Assembly: GCA_963841545.1 (NCBI GenBank) | Contig: CAWJDE010000007.1 | Coordinates: 27,764-91,763, forward strand | Reading direction: 5' to 3' | Source: an uncultured Chloroflexia bacterium | GTDB lineage: Bacteria; Chloroflexota; Limnocylindria; Limnocylindrales; CSP1-4 | Length of the DNA stretch: 64,000 nt | Part shown: in pieces, positions 10,177 to 18,131 of the stretch | Layout of the letters: each line of letters opens with the position of its first letter | Position numbering within the stretch: the stretch's first letter is position 1 | Translations under genes and position numbers: made by a program | The notes under the pieces: generated by a model | The model's database searches: none | The model's input: only the letters and a program-made list of their open reading frames with translations | What the model was told of the DNA's origin: nothing

Positions 10177-11610
10177 TCAGTAGCTGAAGCGCTCGGCGTG
10201 CACCCGGTCGCCCGGCACGCCCAGCTCGCGGAGCGCGTGCTCCACCGTCTGCATGAACCCGACCGGACCGCACACGTACACGTCGTGGTCCGCGATCGAC
10301 GGCACCAGGCGCGAGATCGCCCGGTGGTCGAAGGGGGGTGCCGGCGGCTGGTCCGACCCGTGGTTGTGGCGGTGGCCGACGACGTACTCCACCCGGGCGC
10401 TGCGGTGCGCCGCCAGCGCCTCGAGCTCGTGGAGGAAGGTCAGGTCCGACGGATGGCTGACCCGGTAGACGAGGTTGAGCTCGCCCGGGCGGGCAGGCAA
10501 CGATTCGAGCAGCGCCCGGAGCGGGGCGATCCCGATCCCACCGGCGATCAGCGTGATCCCGCGTCGCGTCCGCCGGGCACCGGTCATGACGCCGTACGGA
10601 CCCTCGAGCAGGACGGGGGTCCCGACCGCCGTGTCGGCGATCCGCGCGCTGTCGTCGCCCATGGCCTTGACGGTGAACCGCAGCCAGCGCCCGTTGGGCG
10701 CCGACGAGATCGAATACGGGTGGGCGCGCCACCAGCGATCGCGCGCCAGGAAGCGGACGACGAAGAACTGGCCGGACCGGACGGCCAGCCGATCGAGGTC
10801 GCGGCCACCGACGTAGACCGATACCACGCCGGGTGCCTCGGGGACGATCGCCGTGACCCGGGGGCGGTGGCGAATGGTGGTCAGCAGTGGCTGGCCGAAC
10901 CGGAACACGAGCACCAGGGCGATGGTCGCGAGATAGAGCGAGATCCAGTAGATGGCCGCGAGCTGGTCGTGGATGAAGTCGGCGCCCACGAACAGCTGGT
11001 GCAGGAACGCGAGCGCGATGGCCAGGTACGCGTAGAGGTGGAGGTAGAACCAGGTCTCGTACGACAACCGCCGGCGCGCGGCGCGCAGCGAGGTCAACCC
11101 GACCAGCACGAACAGGCCGAAGCCGGCCGTCGCCCACAGCACGTACGGGAACGTCGTCAGCAGCGAGATCGCCTCACCGATGACGCTCTGGCCATCCCCC
11201 TGTGCGTAGCCGATGGTCGTGAGCAGCCCGTGCGCCCCGATCAGCCAGATCGTGGCGAACCCGAGCCAGCGGTGCGCCCAGGCGAGCCGATCCGTCCCGA
11301 ATGCCTCGTCGAGCCAGGGGCTGCGGCCCATCAGGACGAGCTGGATGAGGGCGAGATAGGTCCCCAGCAGGGCCGTCAGCTGGCCGGCGGCGGTGAACGC
11401 CCCACCGGGCGTCGAGAGCTGGTCCGGGCCACCGTGGCGGACCCACATGAGGACGATGAACCCGCCGTTGGCGATCAGCAGCGTCGTGACGTCGCGCGGT
11501 CGGACGCCCCACAGCCGTGGCAGCGGCACGCGGACGGGCCGGGCGGCATGGGCAGAGGCCATGGCCGGATGGTCGGGCGAACGCATGAGAGCCCGATGAG
11601 ACGGGCGCAC
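10177..11610 (-). CDS. ferric reductase-like transmembrane oxidoreductase (FRE/NOX family: 6-TM heme domain + FAD + NAD(P)H binding)
   Basis: Multiple TM helices with conserved His residues, an FAD motif HPYSISS, and NAD-binding motifs GGIGIAP and CGP at the C-terminus. Confidence 0.75.
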   Translation of the reverse strand: MRPSHRALMRSPDHPAMASAHAARPVRVPLPRLWGVRPRDVTTLLIANGGFIVLMWVRHGGPDQLSTPGGAFTAAGQLTALLGTYLALIQLVLMGRSPWLDEAFGTDRLAWAHRWLGFATIWLIGAHGLLTTIGYAQGDGQSVIGEAISLLTTFPYVLWATAGFGLFVLVGLTSLRAARRRLSYETWFYLHLYAYLAIALAFLHQLFVGADFIHDQLAAIYWISLYLATIALVLVFRFGQPLLTTIRHRPRVTAIVPEAPGVVSVYVGGRDLDRLAVRSGQFFVVRFLARDRWWRAHPYSISSAPNGRWLRFTVKAMGDDSARIADTAVGTPVLLEGPYGVMTGARRTRRGITLIAGGIGIAPLRALLESLPARPGELNLVYRVSHPSDLTFLHELEALAAHRSARVEYVVGHRHNHGSDQPPAPPFDHRAISRLVPSIADHDVYVCGPVGFMQTVEHALRELGVPGDRVHAERFSY

Positions 11611-11639
11611 CGTTGGTCCCGGCGTGCGGCCCCGGTCGG

Positions 11640-11795
11640 ACGTCAGCCCGGTCGCGGTGTCAGCCCGATCCTCAGCCGGTCCGGATGTCGGCCCGGGCCG
11701 CCGTAAGCCCGGTCGGGGCGTCAGCCCGATCCTTAGCCGGTCTGGGTGTCAGCCCGGTCCGGGGCGTCAGCCCGGTCCGGGGCGTCAGCCCGCCC
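11640..11795. repeat. degenerate tandem repeat array (gtcagccc-containing units of about 18-26 nt, at least 6 copies)
   Basis: The gtcagcccgatcct(c/t)agccggtc and gtcagcccggtccggggc units recur. The array is intergenic between the ferric-reductase start and the GT39 stop. Confidence 0.7.
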
Positions 11796-13764
11796 CCGCG
11801 CAGTCGTACAGCCCGCCGCCCAGCGAAGCATCGACCACCCGGGTGCACGACGTCGCGACCCAGTCGTTTCGCTGGCTCGCGACGGATCCCCGGCCGTCGC
11901 CCCCGAAGAAGCCTCCCGGCCCGGCGGCCCGGCCACCCAACAGCACGAACCTGAGCCGGCCATCGCGCACGTACGCGCGAAGCTGCGCGAGCGTGGGCGC
12001 CGGGTCGCCGCCCATGAACCCACCCATCGCCATCACCGGCGCCCCGGACGCGAGCTGGATCGGCCCCGCCTGGGCGGCGGACGAGACGGCGACGAGCCAG
12101 TCGGTGTCTCCGCGGTTCACGAGCAGGTAGTCCACCAGGGCCCGGGTGGTTCCGGCAGGGTCGCCGGCGAACCCCGCGAAGCCCCCGGGACCACCGACTC
12201 CACCGCCCGCGGCGTCCGACGGCCCTGCGGCAGGGTCGCCACCCGAGATCGCGCGGTCCACGGTCGCCACCGAGTACAGCGCGGGCCCGGTCAGCGCCGC
12301 GGCCAGCCCCACGACCAGCGCGCCGCCGGCGATCGACCGGCTCCGGGCGTCGCCATCGACGTGCGGCACGGCCAGCACCACGGCGGCGGCGAGCGCGAGG
12401 AACGCGGCTGCGAGCCCGATGCCGGGCGCGAAGGACGGCGTGCGTTCGAGCACCTGCCAGCCCCACCACGCGCTGGCCACCAGGATCCCTCCGATGGCCG
12501 CGCCGGCCCACGGGAGGCGGCGGCGCACGGCCCACAGCTCGGCGACGCCGGTCCCGGTGAGGGCGGCGGCCGCCGGCGCGATCGCGACGGCGTAGTAGGC
12601 ATGAACGATGCCGGTCATCAGCGACAGCACCGCCACGTGCACGATCAGCCAGGCCCCCCACAGCAGCAACCCGGCGCGCCGCGCGTCCATGCGCGCGGCT
12701 CGCGCCCTTGCCAGCAGGCCGGCGACGAGCCCGATGCCCGCCGCTGGCAGCAGCCAGCTGATCTCGCCGGCCCACGGCGTGCTGAACATGCGCAGCAGGC
12801 CCGGCGTTCCACCGAACGCGGCGCCTGCCCCGCCGGGCCCACCCGGCGTCCCGAAGGCACCCGGTCCGCCGAAGCCGCCGGATCCGCCGAGGCCCGGTCC
12901 CCCGCCCTGTCCGGCCAGGCCGCCGAAGATCCGGCCCAGGCCGTCATAACCGAGCACGAGATCGATCACCGAGTTGTCCGTGCTGCCGCCGATGTACGGG
13001 CGGGCGGATGCCGGCACCGCCTCCACCGCGACGACCCACCACAGCGAGGCGCCTGCCACCACGAGCCCCGCGTAGAGCAGCCGGACGAGCCGATGGGCAA
13101 CGTCGCCGCGAGCGGCGACCAGGTAGGTCAGCGCGAACGCGGGCAGCACGAGGTACGCCTGCAGGTACTTGGTCAGGAAGGCCAGCCCGACGAGGCAGCC
13201 CGCCAGCGTGATCCATCGCAGTCGATCGTCGTCGAGGGCACGCACCAGCGCCCAGGCGGCCCCGATCAGCAGCAGCGTCAGCAGGGCATCGGGGTTGTCG
13301 TAGCGGAACATGAGCGTCGCGACCGGGGTCAGGGCGAACGCCAGCCCCGCGATGAGCCCGGCCATGGCGCCCGATGTCCGGCGCACCGCGTCGTGCAGGA
13401 TGACGACCGACGCCACGCCTGCCAGCGCCTCCGGCAGCAGCACCGCGAGCGGGCTGAGGCCGAGCAGCCGGACCGAGATGCCCATCGCCCACAGGGCCAG
13501 CGGCGGCTTGTCGACGGTGATGAAGCCGGACGCATCGAGCGAGCCGAAGAACAGCGCGCTCCAGCTCTGGGACCCGGCCTGCGCGGCGGCCGAGTAGTAG
13601 GTGTTGGCGTACCCGCTGACGGTGAGGTTCCAGAGGTACAGGACGCCCGCCAGCACCGCGAGGGCGGCCGGCGCCGCGAGCGCGCGCCGGCGCGTCGCTC
13701 CACGCGCGACCGCGGTGGCGATCCCGCTCCCCCGGCGGCCGAACGCGTCCGCGGGCGCGGTCAT
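11785..13764 (-). CDS. glycosyltransferase family 39 (ArnT/PMT-like) integral membrane protein
   Basis: I chose the start MTAPADAFGRR. It has the GT39 N-terminal motif (YYSAAAQAGSQSWSALFFGSLDASGFITVDKPPLALW), more than 10 TM helices, and Gly-rich loops. Confidence 0.75.
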   Translation of the reverse strand: MTAPADAFGRRGSGIATAVARGATRRRALAAPAALAVLAGVLYLWNLTVSGYANTYYSAAAQAGSQSWSALFFGSLDASGFITVDKPPLALWAMGISVRLLGLSPLAVLLPEALAGVASVVILHDAVRRTSGAMAGLIAGLAFALTPVATLMFRYDNPDALLTLLLIGAAWALVRALDDDRLRWITLAGCLVGLAFLTKYLQAYLVLPAFALTYLVAARGDVAHRLVRLLYAGLVVAGASLWWVVAVEAVPASARPYIGGSTDNSVIDLVLGYDGLGRIFGGLAGQGGGPGLGGSGGFGGPGAFGTPGGPGGAGAAFGGTPGLLRMFSTPWAGEISWLLPAAGIGLVAGLLARARAARMDARRAGLLLWGAWLIVHVAVLSLMTGIVHAYYAVAIAPAAAALTGTGVAELWAVRRRLPWAGAAIGGILVASAWWGWQVLERTPSFAPGIGLAAAFLALAAAVVLAVPHVDGDARSRSIAGGALVVGLAAALTGPALYSVATVDRAISGGDPAAGPSDAAGGGVGGPGGFAGFAGDPAGTTRALVDYLLVNRGDTDWLVAVSSAAQAGPIQLASGAPVMAMGGFMGGDPAPTLAQLRAYVRDGRLRFVLLGGRAAGPGGFFGGDGRGSVASQRNDWVATSCTRVVDASLGGGLYDCAGAG

Positions 13765-13927
13765 CGACCCCGCGATCCGGTGGCCGGGAACGGAAGCGCG
13801 GCGCTCTCGGTGGGGAGGAGAGACCACCGGGAGCGCCGCGTCATGGACCATTCAAGCGACCGTGCCTGAGAGAATGCTGAGAAGATCGCGCCCGGCGACC
13901 GCCTCGCCGGCGTGCCCCCTGGCTCCA

Positions 13928-14035
13928 TCACCGGGACGTCGAGCAACAGGTGCCACAGCCCGCCGGCACCGCGAGCGCGACCAGGACGGCGATGGGCAGC
14001 AGACCCCTGCGGCGGGCCGGTGTCCGGGGCGTCAT
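13928..14035 (-). CDS. possible small (35 aa) signal/TM peptide with a C-terminal CGTCC motif
   Basis: A strong SD (CAGGAGTAGCC) sits 6 nt before the ATG. The peptide is MTPRTPARRRGLLPIAVLVALAVPAGCGTCCSTSR, about 200 nt downstream of the cytochrome c gene. Confidence 0.3.
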   Translation of the reverse strand: MTPRTPARRRGLLPIAVLVALAVPAGCGTCCSTSR

Positions 14036-14240
14036 GGCTACTCCTGGGCGCGGGTCCGGGCCGTCGCCGGGACAGGGGTGGTCGCAGCCGACCGCGGCTG
14101 CGCGACGACGCGGCGAATCGAACGCGAGGCGCGTGAGAGGGCGATGAGAGGGGCGCGGGGACGATCGCCGTGGCTGCATCGTCAGGTGCCGGGGACGCAT
14201 CGAGGAGCCGGGCCCCGATCGCCGGGGCCGGGCTCAGCCG

Positions 14241-15035
14241 TCAGGAGCCGGCAGTCGAGGCCGCCGGCGCGAGGGTCGGGGTCGCCGAGGCGCCGCCCGA
14301 GCCGGGCGACGCGCCGTCCGAGCCGGGCGTCGCCGACGCACCGCTCGAGCCCGGCGACGGCGACGCGCCGACCGCGTGGCACAGGACGCACGTCTCCTCG
14401 CCGCGCAGCGCGTGGTCGATCGGCAGGGCACCCACGTCGGCCGACTGGTGACAGCTGCGGCAGTTGAGCGTGCCCATGTCCGGGTGCGGGTTGACCGGCG
14501 GCGGCGACGGGTTCGGCTTGTGGCATAGCCAGCACTCGTCCTGGTTGCGTCCGACCATGCTCGTCGGCAGGTGGGCGACGCTCCCGTGGCAGTCCAGGCA
14601 CGGCTTGTTGAGCTCGGCGTGCGCCTGCGTGATCGCCGGTCCGTCCGGCGCCTCCTTGTGGCAGTTCAGGCACTCCGACTCCGCGATCCCGGCGTGTCCG
14701 GGCGCCGTGCGGCCGAGCTTCTCGTCCGTGTGGCAGGTGAGGCACGACGTCCAGCCCGCCAGCGGGTGACCGAGCGCCGGGATCGGCTTGAGCCCCGCCT
14801 CGCCGCCCTCGTAGTGGCACAGCAGGCAGCTGTTCGAGGTCGGGATGTGCGCGATCCCCATGAGCATCGTGTCGGGGGACGCCGATGCGGACGGCGTATC
14901 GCCGGTGGTGTCCGAGCTGGCGTGGAGCGGCAGCAGGTCGAGCCAGTTGGCCACCATCGTTCCGGCCAGCAGGGCCACCACGACCAGGTTGAGCACGATC
15001 AGCAGCCGCAGCGTGCGGTCGACTCGGGTCTTCAT
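14241..15035 (-). CDS. membrane-anchored heptaheme c-type cytochrome
   Basis: An N-terminal TM helix (LRLLIVLNLVVVALLAG) and seven CxxCH motifs (CLLCH, CLTCH, CLNCH, CLDCH, CWLCH, CRSCH, CVLCH) within about 200 aa, then a Ser/Gly/Ala/Pro-rich tail. Its ATG overlaps the stop of the protease gene (ATGA). Confidence 0.8.
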   Translation of the reverse strand: MKTRVDRTLRLLIVLNLVVVALLAGTMVANWLDLLPLHASSDTTGDTPSASASPDTMLMGIAHIPTSNSCLLCHYEGGEAGLKPIPALGHPLAGWTSCLTCHTDEKLGRTAPGHAGIAESECLNCHKEAPDGPAITQAHAELNKPCLDCHGSVAHLPTSMVGRNQDECWLCHKPNPSPPPVNPHPDMGTLNCRSCHQSADVGALPIDHALRGEETCVLCHAVGASPSPGSSGASATPGSDGASPGSGGASATPTLAPAASTAGS

Positions 15036-15565
15036 GCGACCGCCTCCGCGTGACTCGGGAAGGGACGGCTGACAGCGACCGCGACGGACGCGGCGCGCTC
15101 ATCGAGCGCGCGCAGCGCTCGGCAGGCGGCGTCGGTCGCGGCGGGGATCGCGGCCTCGACCTCCGGCGTGAGCGTCGTACCCGCGCCGAGATCGGCTGCC
15201 TGCACGCCGACCATCGCGAGCGCATCGGGCAGCCGGCCGGCGAGCCTCGCCAGCGCGACCAGGCTCTCGACCCCACCCCCCGCCCGGCGCGCGATCCGGT
15301 CACCGGGGATCATCGTGACCGTGCCCGGGGCCAGGCCGATGTCGACGGCATCGATCAGCAGCAGCGCGCGCGCGTCGACGAGGTGCTCGAGCACGGCCGG
15401 GCCGGTCGTCCCGCCGTCGACCAGCCGGACGTCGGCCGGGAGCGTGGCGGGATCGGTCGCCGCACGCGATCGAAGCTCGGCGATCAGGCGCGACCCAAGG
15501 CCGTCGTCCCGGTGCAGGACGCTGCCGACGCCGATCGCGACCACGGGACCGCGGCTGCGGCTCAT
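15032..15565 (-). CDS. hydrogenase maturation endopeptidase (HyaD/HupD family)
   Basis: The internal start MSRSRGPVVAIGVGSVLHRDDGLGSRL carries the GxGNxxxxDDGxG-type motif. It overlaps the cytochrome b stop by ATGA. Confidence 0.8.
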   Translation of the reverse strand: MSRSRGPVVAIGVGSVLHRDDGLGSRLIAELRSRAATDPATLPADVRLVDGGTTGPAVLEHLVDARALLLIDAVDIGLAPGTVTMIPGDRIARRAGGGVESLVALARLAGRLPDALAMVGVQAADLGAGTTLTPEVEAAIPAATDAACRALRALDERAASVAVAVSRPFPSHAEAVA

Positions 15566-16371
15566 TCGGCCCGCTCCAGCATCTCCGGGCCGCCGTCGCG
15601 CGACTCGACCAGCTCCTCGCGGGTCGGGAACTTGAAGCCGCTCACGATGCTCGAGATCAGCCCGTTCTTCTCCAGGTGGTCGACCAGGATGCAGCTGTAG
15701 ACGTGGAACAGCGCGATCGCCAGGATCGCCCACATGGCGAGGTGATGGATCAGGCGCAGCTGCTGCGCCCCGACGAGCTCGCGCAGCCAGCCGAACAGCG
15801 TGTGCCCGGGCTCGGCACCCATCAGGCCGTCCAGCGCGAACCCGGTGACCGTCTCGACCAGGAGCAGCGCGAACAGCGCGAGGTAGGCGGTGGCGGCGAG
15901 CTGGTTGTGCCCCAGCACCTTGGGGATCTCGCGGCGGACGAACCCGTAGAAGCCCGCCTGTCGGAACAGCTCCGTGGCCTGGAACCGGGTGGTCGGGATG
16001 AACGCCGACCAGCGCGCGAAGCGGTTGCCGGCCAGCAGCCAGTACGTTCGCACGATGCCCGAGAGCAGGAACACGAGCGCGGTCACGATGTGGATCAGCC
16101 GGACGGTCGACATCACGTTGCCGCCGGCGGGGATCAGGAACGGGTCGGCGATGTAGCCGCCGGTGAGGCTGAGCGTGACGATGCAAGCGGCGGTGACCCA
16201 GTGCGTGATCCGGACGGGCGCCTGCCACACGTAGAGCCGGACCCGCTCGTCGGGTCGCTCGATGGCGTGCGGCCCAGCAGCCTCGGGGGCGCCGTCGCCG
16301 GCCACCGCTTCCGGCACGCCGGGCCGGGTGGCGTCGACGAGCTCCGGGCGGACGTCAGCGGCTGCCGTCAT
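15562..16371 (-). CDS. Ni/Fe-hydrogenase b-type cytochrome subunit (HyaC/HupC-like)
   Basis: The start MTAAADV overlaps the large-subunit stop (ATGA). It has 4 TM helices with conserved His residues (ITHWV, HIVTAL, HHLAMW) and matches the CybH family. Confidence 0.85.
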   Translation of the reverse strand: MTAAADVRPELVDATRPGVPEAVAGDGAPEAAGPHAIERPDERVRLYVWQAPVRITHWVTAACIVTLSLTGGYIADPFLIPAGGNVMSTVRLIHIVTALVFLLSGIVRTYWLLAGNRFARWSAFIPTTRFQATELFRQAGFYGFVRREIPKVLGHNQLAATAYLALFALLLVETVTGFALDGLMGAEPGHTLFGWLRELVGAQQLRLIHHLAMWAILAIALFHVYSCILVDHLEKNGLISSIVSGFKFPTREELVESRDGGPEMLERAE

Positions 16372-18131
16372 GGGCGTGCCTCCAGGGCGTGGACGCGGAC
16401 GTCGACCCGGCCGGGCGCGGCCGTGCCGTAGGCGTGCGCCGCGCACGCGAGGCAGGGGTTCATGCTGTGGACCACGCGCAGCAGCTCGATCGGCTGCGCG
16501 GCATCGGTGACGGGCGTCTTCAGGAGCGCCGTCTCGAGCGGCCCGCGCACCCCCAGCGAGTCACGCGGCGACGCGTTCCACGTGCTCGCGTCGACCACCT
16601 GGTATCGGTCGATGACCCCGTCGCGGATGGCGATCCAGTGTCCGACGGCGCCGCGGGCGCCCTCGCCCAGGGACCACCCCTCGGCCTCTGCCGGCCACGT
16701 CGCAGGATCCCATGAGCCGATGTCGGCAACCGCGAGGTCGCCGGTGGACAGGTGCTGCCGGAGCTCCTGCAACCATCCGATCGCCCGGGTCGAGATGACC
16801 TGCGCCTCCGCCGCGCGCGCGATGGTCCGGCCGAGCGTGCTCGGCATGGCCTCGGGTCCCAGCGACAGCTGCCGGAGCAGCTCGGCCAGCGCGCGGCCGA
16901 TGTCCTGCTGGCCGTCGGCCCAGGCGACCATCACCCGCGCCAGGGGTCCGGTCTCCATCGGTTCGCCGTCATAGCGAGGCGCCTTGAGCCAGCTGTACCG
17001 CTCGGCGTTCTCGAGCGTGGTCAGCGGCAGCTCGAGGTCGAACGACGGGGTCGTCTGCCCGTCGGCCGGCCCCCGCGGTGCACCGCGCCGATCGTCGTCG
17101 TACCACGCGTGGGCCGAGGATTCCATGATGCCGTCAGGCTCGACCTGCTGCACCTGGAGGGCGCCGCTGGCGAGCCGGCCGCGGGATAGGAACCGTACCG
17201 GGTCGCCACCGTCGTCGAGCGGGTACTCTCCGGCGGCCAGGTACCCCGCGGCGCCGCCGCCGATGGCCGTCCATTCCGGGTACGACACGGTGAGCAGCCG
17301 CACGTCGGGAACGAACACCTCGCGCACGAACGTCTGGGCCTCGACCAGCAGGTCGTTGATCATGGTCAGACCGGCCTCGCCCAGCGGATCGGGCGAGTTG
17401 TGCTCGGGGACCTCGGGGTGGTCGCGATTGAGGCGGACGGCCGGTCCACCCCAGGGCGGCGCCAGGGCCATGCCGCCGACGAGATAGGTCTGCGGGTGGG
17501 GGTCCTTGCCGCCCAGGATGGCTTGGACGCGCATCAGTCGCGCCTGCCAGTCGAGCGCGTCGACGTAGTGCGCGTACAGGAGCAGGTTCTGCTCCGGTGA
17601 CAGGCGATAGGCGGCGTGCCCCCACCAGCCGGCCCCCATTCCGGTCCCGGGCGTGCCGAGGTTGGCCGCCAGCCGGGCCTGAATGTCGCCGAGGTACTGG
17701 CTGCTCGACTGCGGCCAGGCTCCGATCGCCCTGGCCAGCGACGACGTCGCAGCCGGGTCCGCGTCGAGCGCCGAGCGGGCATCGGCCCAGTCGGGCAGCT
17801 GGGCCTGGTAGAACGAGAGCACGTGGTCGCGCACGAGCTGGGTCGCCGCCAGCAGGTTGCGGACGAGCCGCGCGTTGGTGGGGACGGTGATCCCGATCGC
17901 TTGCTCGACGGCGCGGACCGAGGCCAGGGCGTGGACCCCGGAGCAGGTCCCGCAGATGCGCTCGGCGATCAGCCAGGCATCGCGCGGGTCGCGACCGCGC
18001 AGCACGGACTCGATCCCCCGGAACATCGTGCCCGAGCTCCACGCGTCCTCGACAACACCCCCGGCCACGTCTGCCTCGATGCGCAGCTGGCCGCCGACGC
18101 GCGACACCGGATCGACGACCAGGCGGCTCAC
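16368..18131 (-). CDS. [NiFe]-hydrogenase large subunit (group 1, membrane-bound uptake type)
   Basis: N-terminal Ni-binding motif RICGTCSGVH and C-terminal NPCLACAAH. It is 587 aa and sits between the small-subunit and cytochrome b genes. Confidence 0.95.
   Translation of the reverse strand: MSRLVVDPVSRVGGQLRIEADVAGGVVEDAWSSGTMFRGIESVLRGRDPRDAWLIAERICGTCSGVHALASVRAVEQAIGITVPTNARLVRNLLAATQLVRDHVLSFYQAQLPDWADARSALDADPAATSSLARAIGAWPQSSSQYLGDIQARLAANLGTPGTGMGAGWWGHAAYRLSPEQNLLLYAHYVDALDWQARLMRVQAILGGKDPHPQTYLVGGMALAPPWGGPAVRLNRDHPEVPEHNSPDPLGEAGLTMINDLLVEAQTFVREVFVPDVRLLTVSYPEWTAIGGGAAGYLAAGEYPLDDGGDPVRFLSRGRLASGALQVQQVEPDGIMESSAHAWYDDDRRGAPRGPADGQTTPSFDLELPLTTLENAERYSWLKAPRYDGEPMETGPLARVMVAWADGQQDIGRALAELLRQLSLGPEAMPSTLGRTIARAAEAQVISTRAIGWLQELRQHLSTGDLAVADIGSWDPATWPAEAEGWSLGEGARGAVGHWIAIRDGVIDRYQVVDASTWNASPRDSLGVRGPLETALLKTPVTDAAQPIELLRVVHSMNPCLACAAHAYGTAAPGRVDVRVHALEARP

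Noticed and set aside
8597-11137. 846-aa minus-strand ORF as one protein
   Set aside because: Only its last 273 codons (ApbE) are coding. The upstream part is an open frame running through the FMN-binding and ferric-reductase genes in a different frame.
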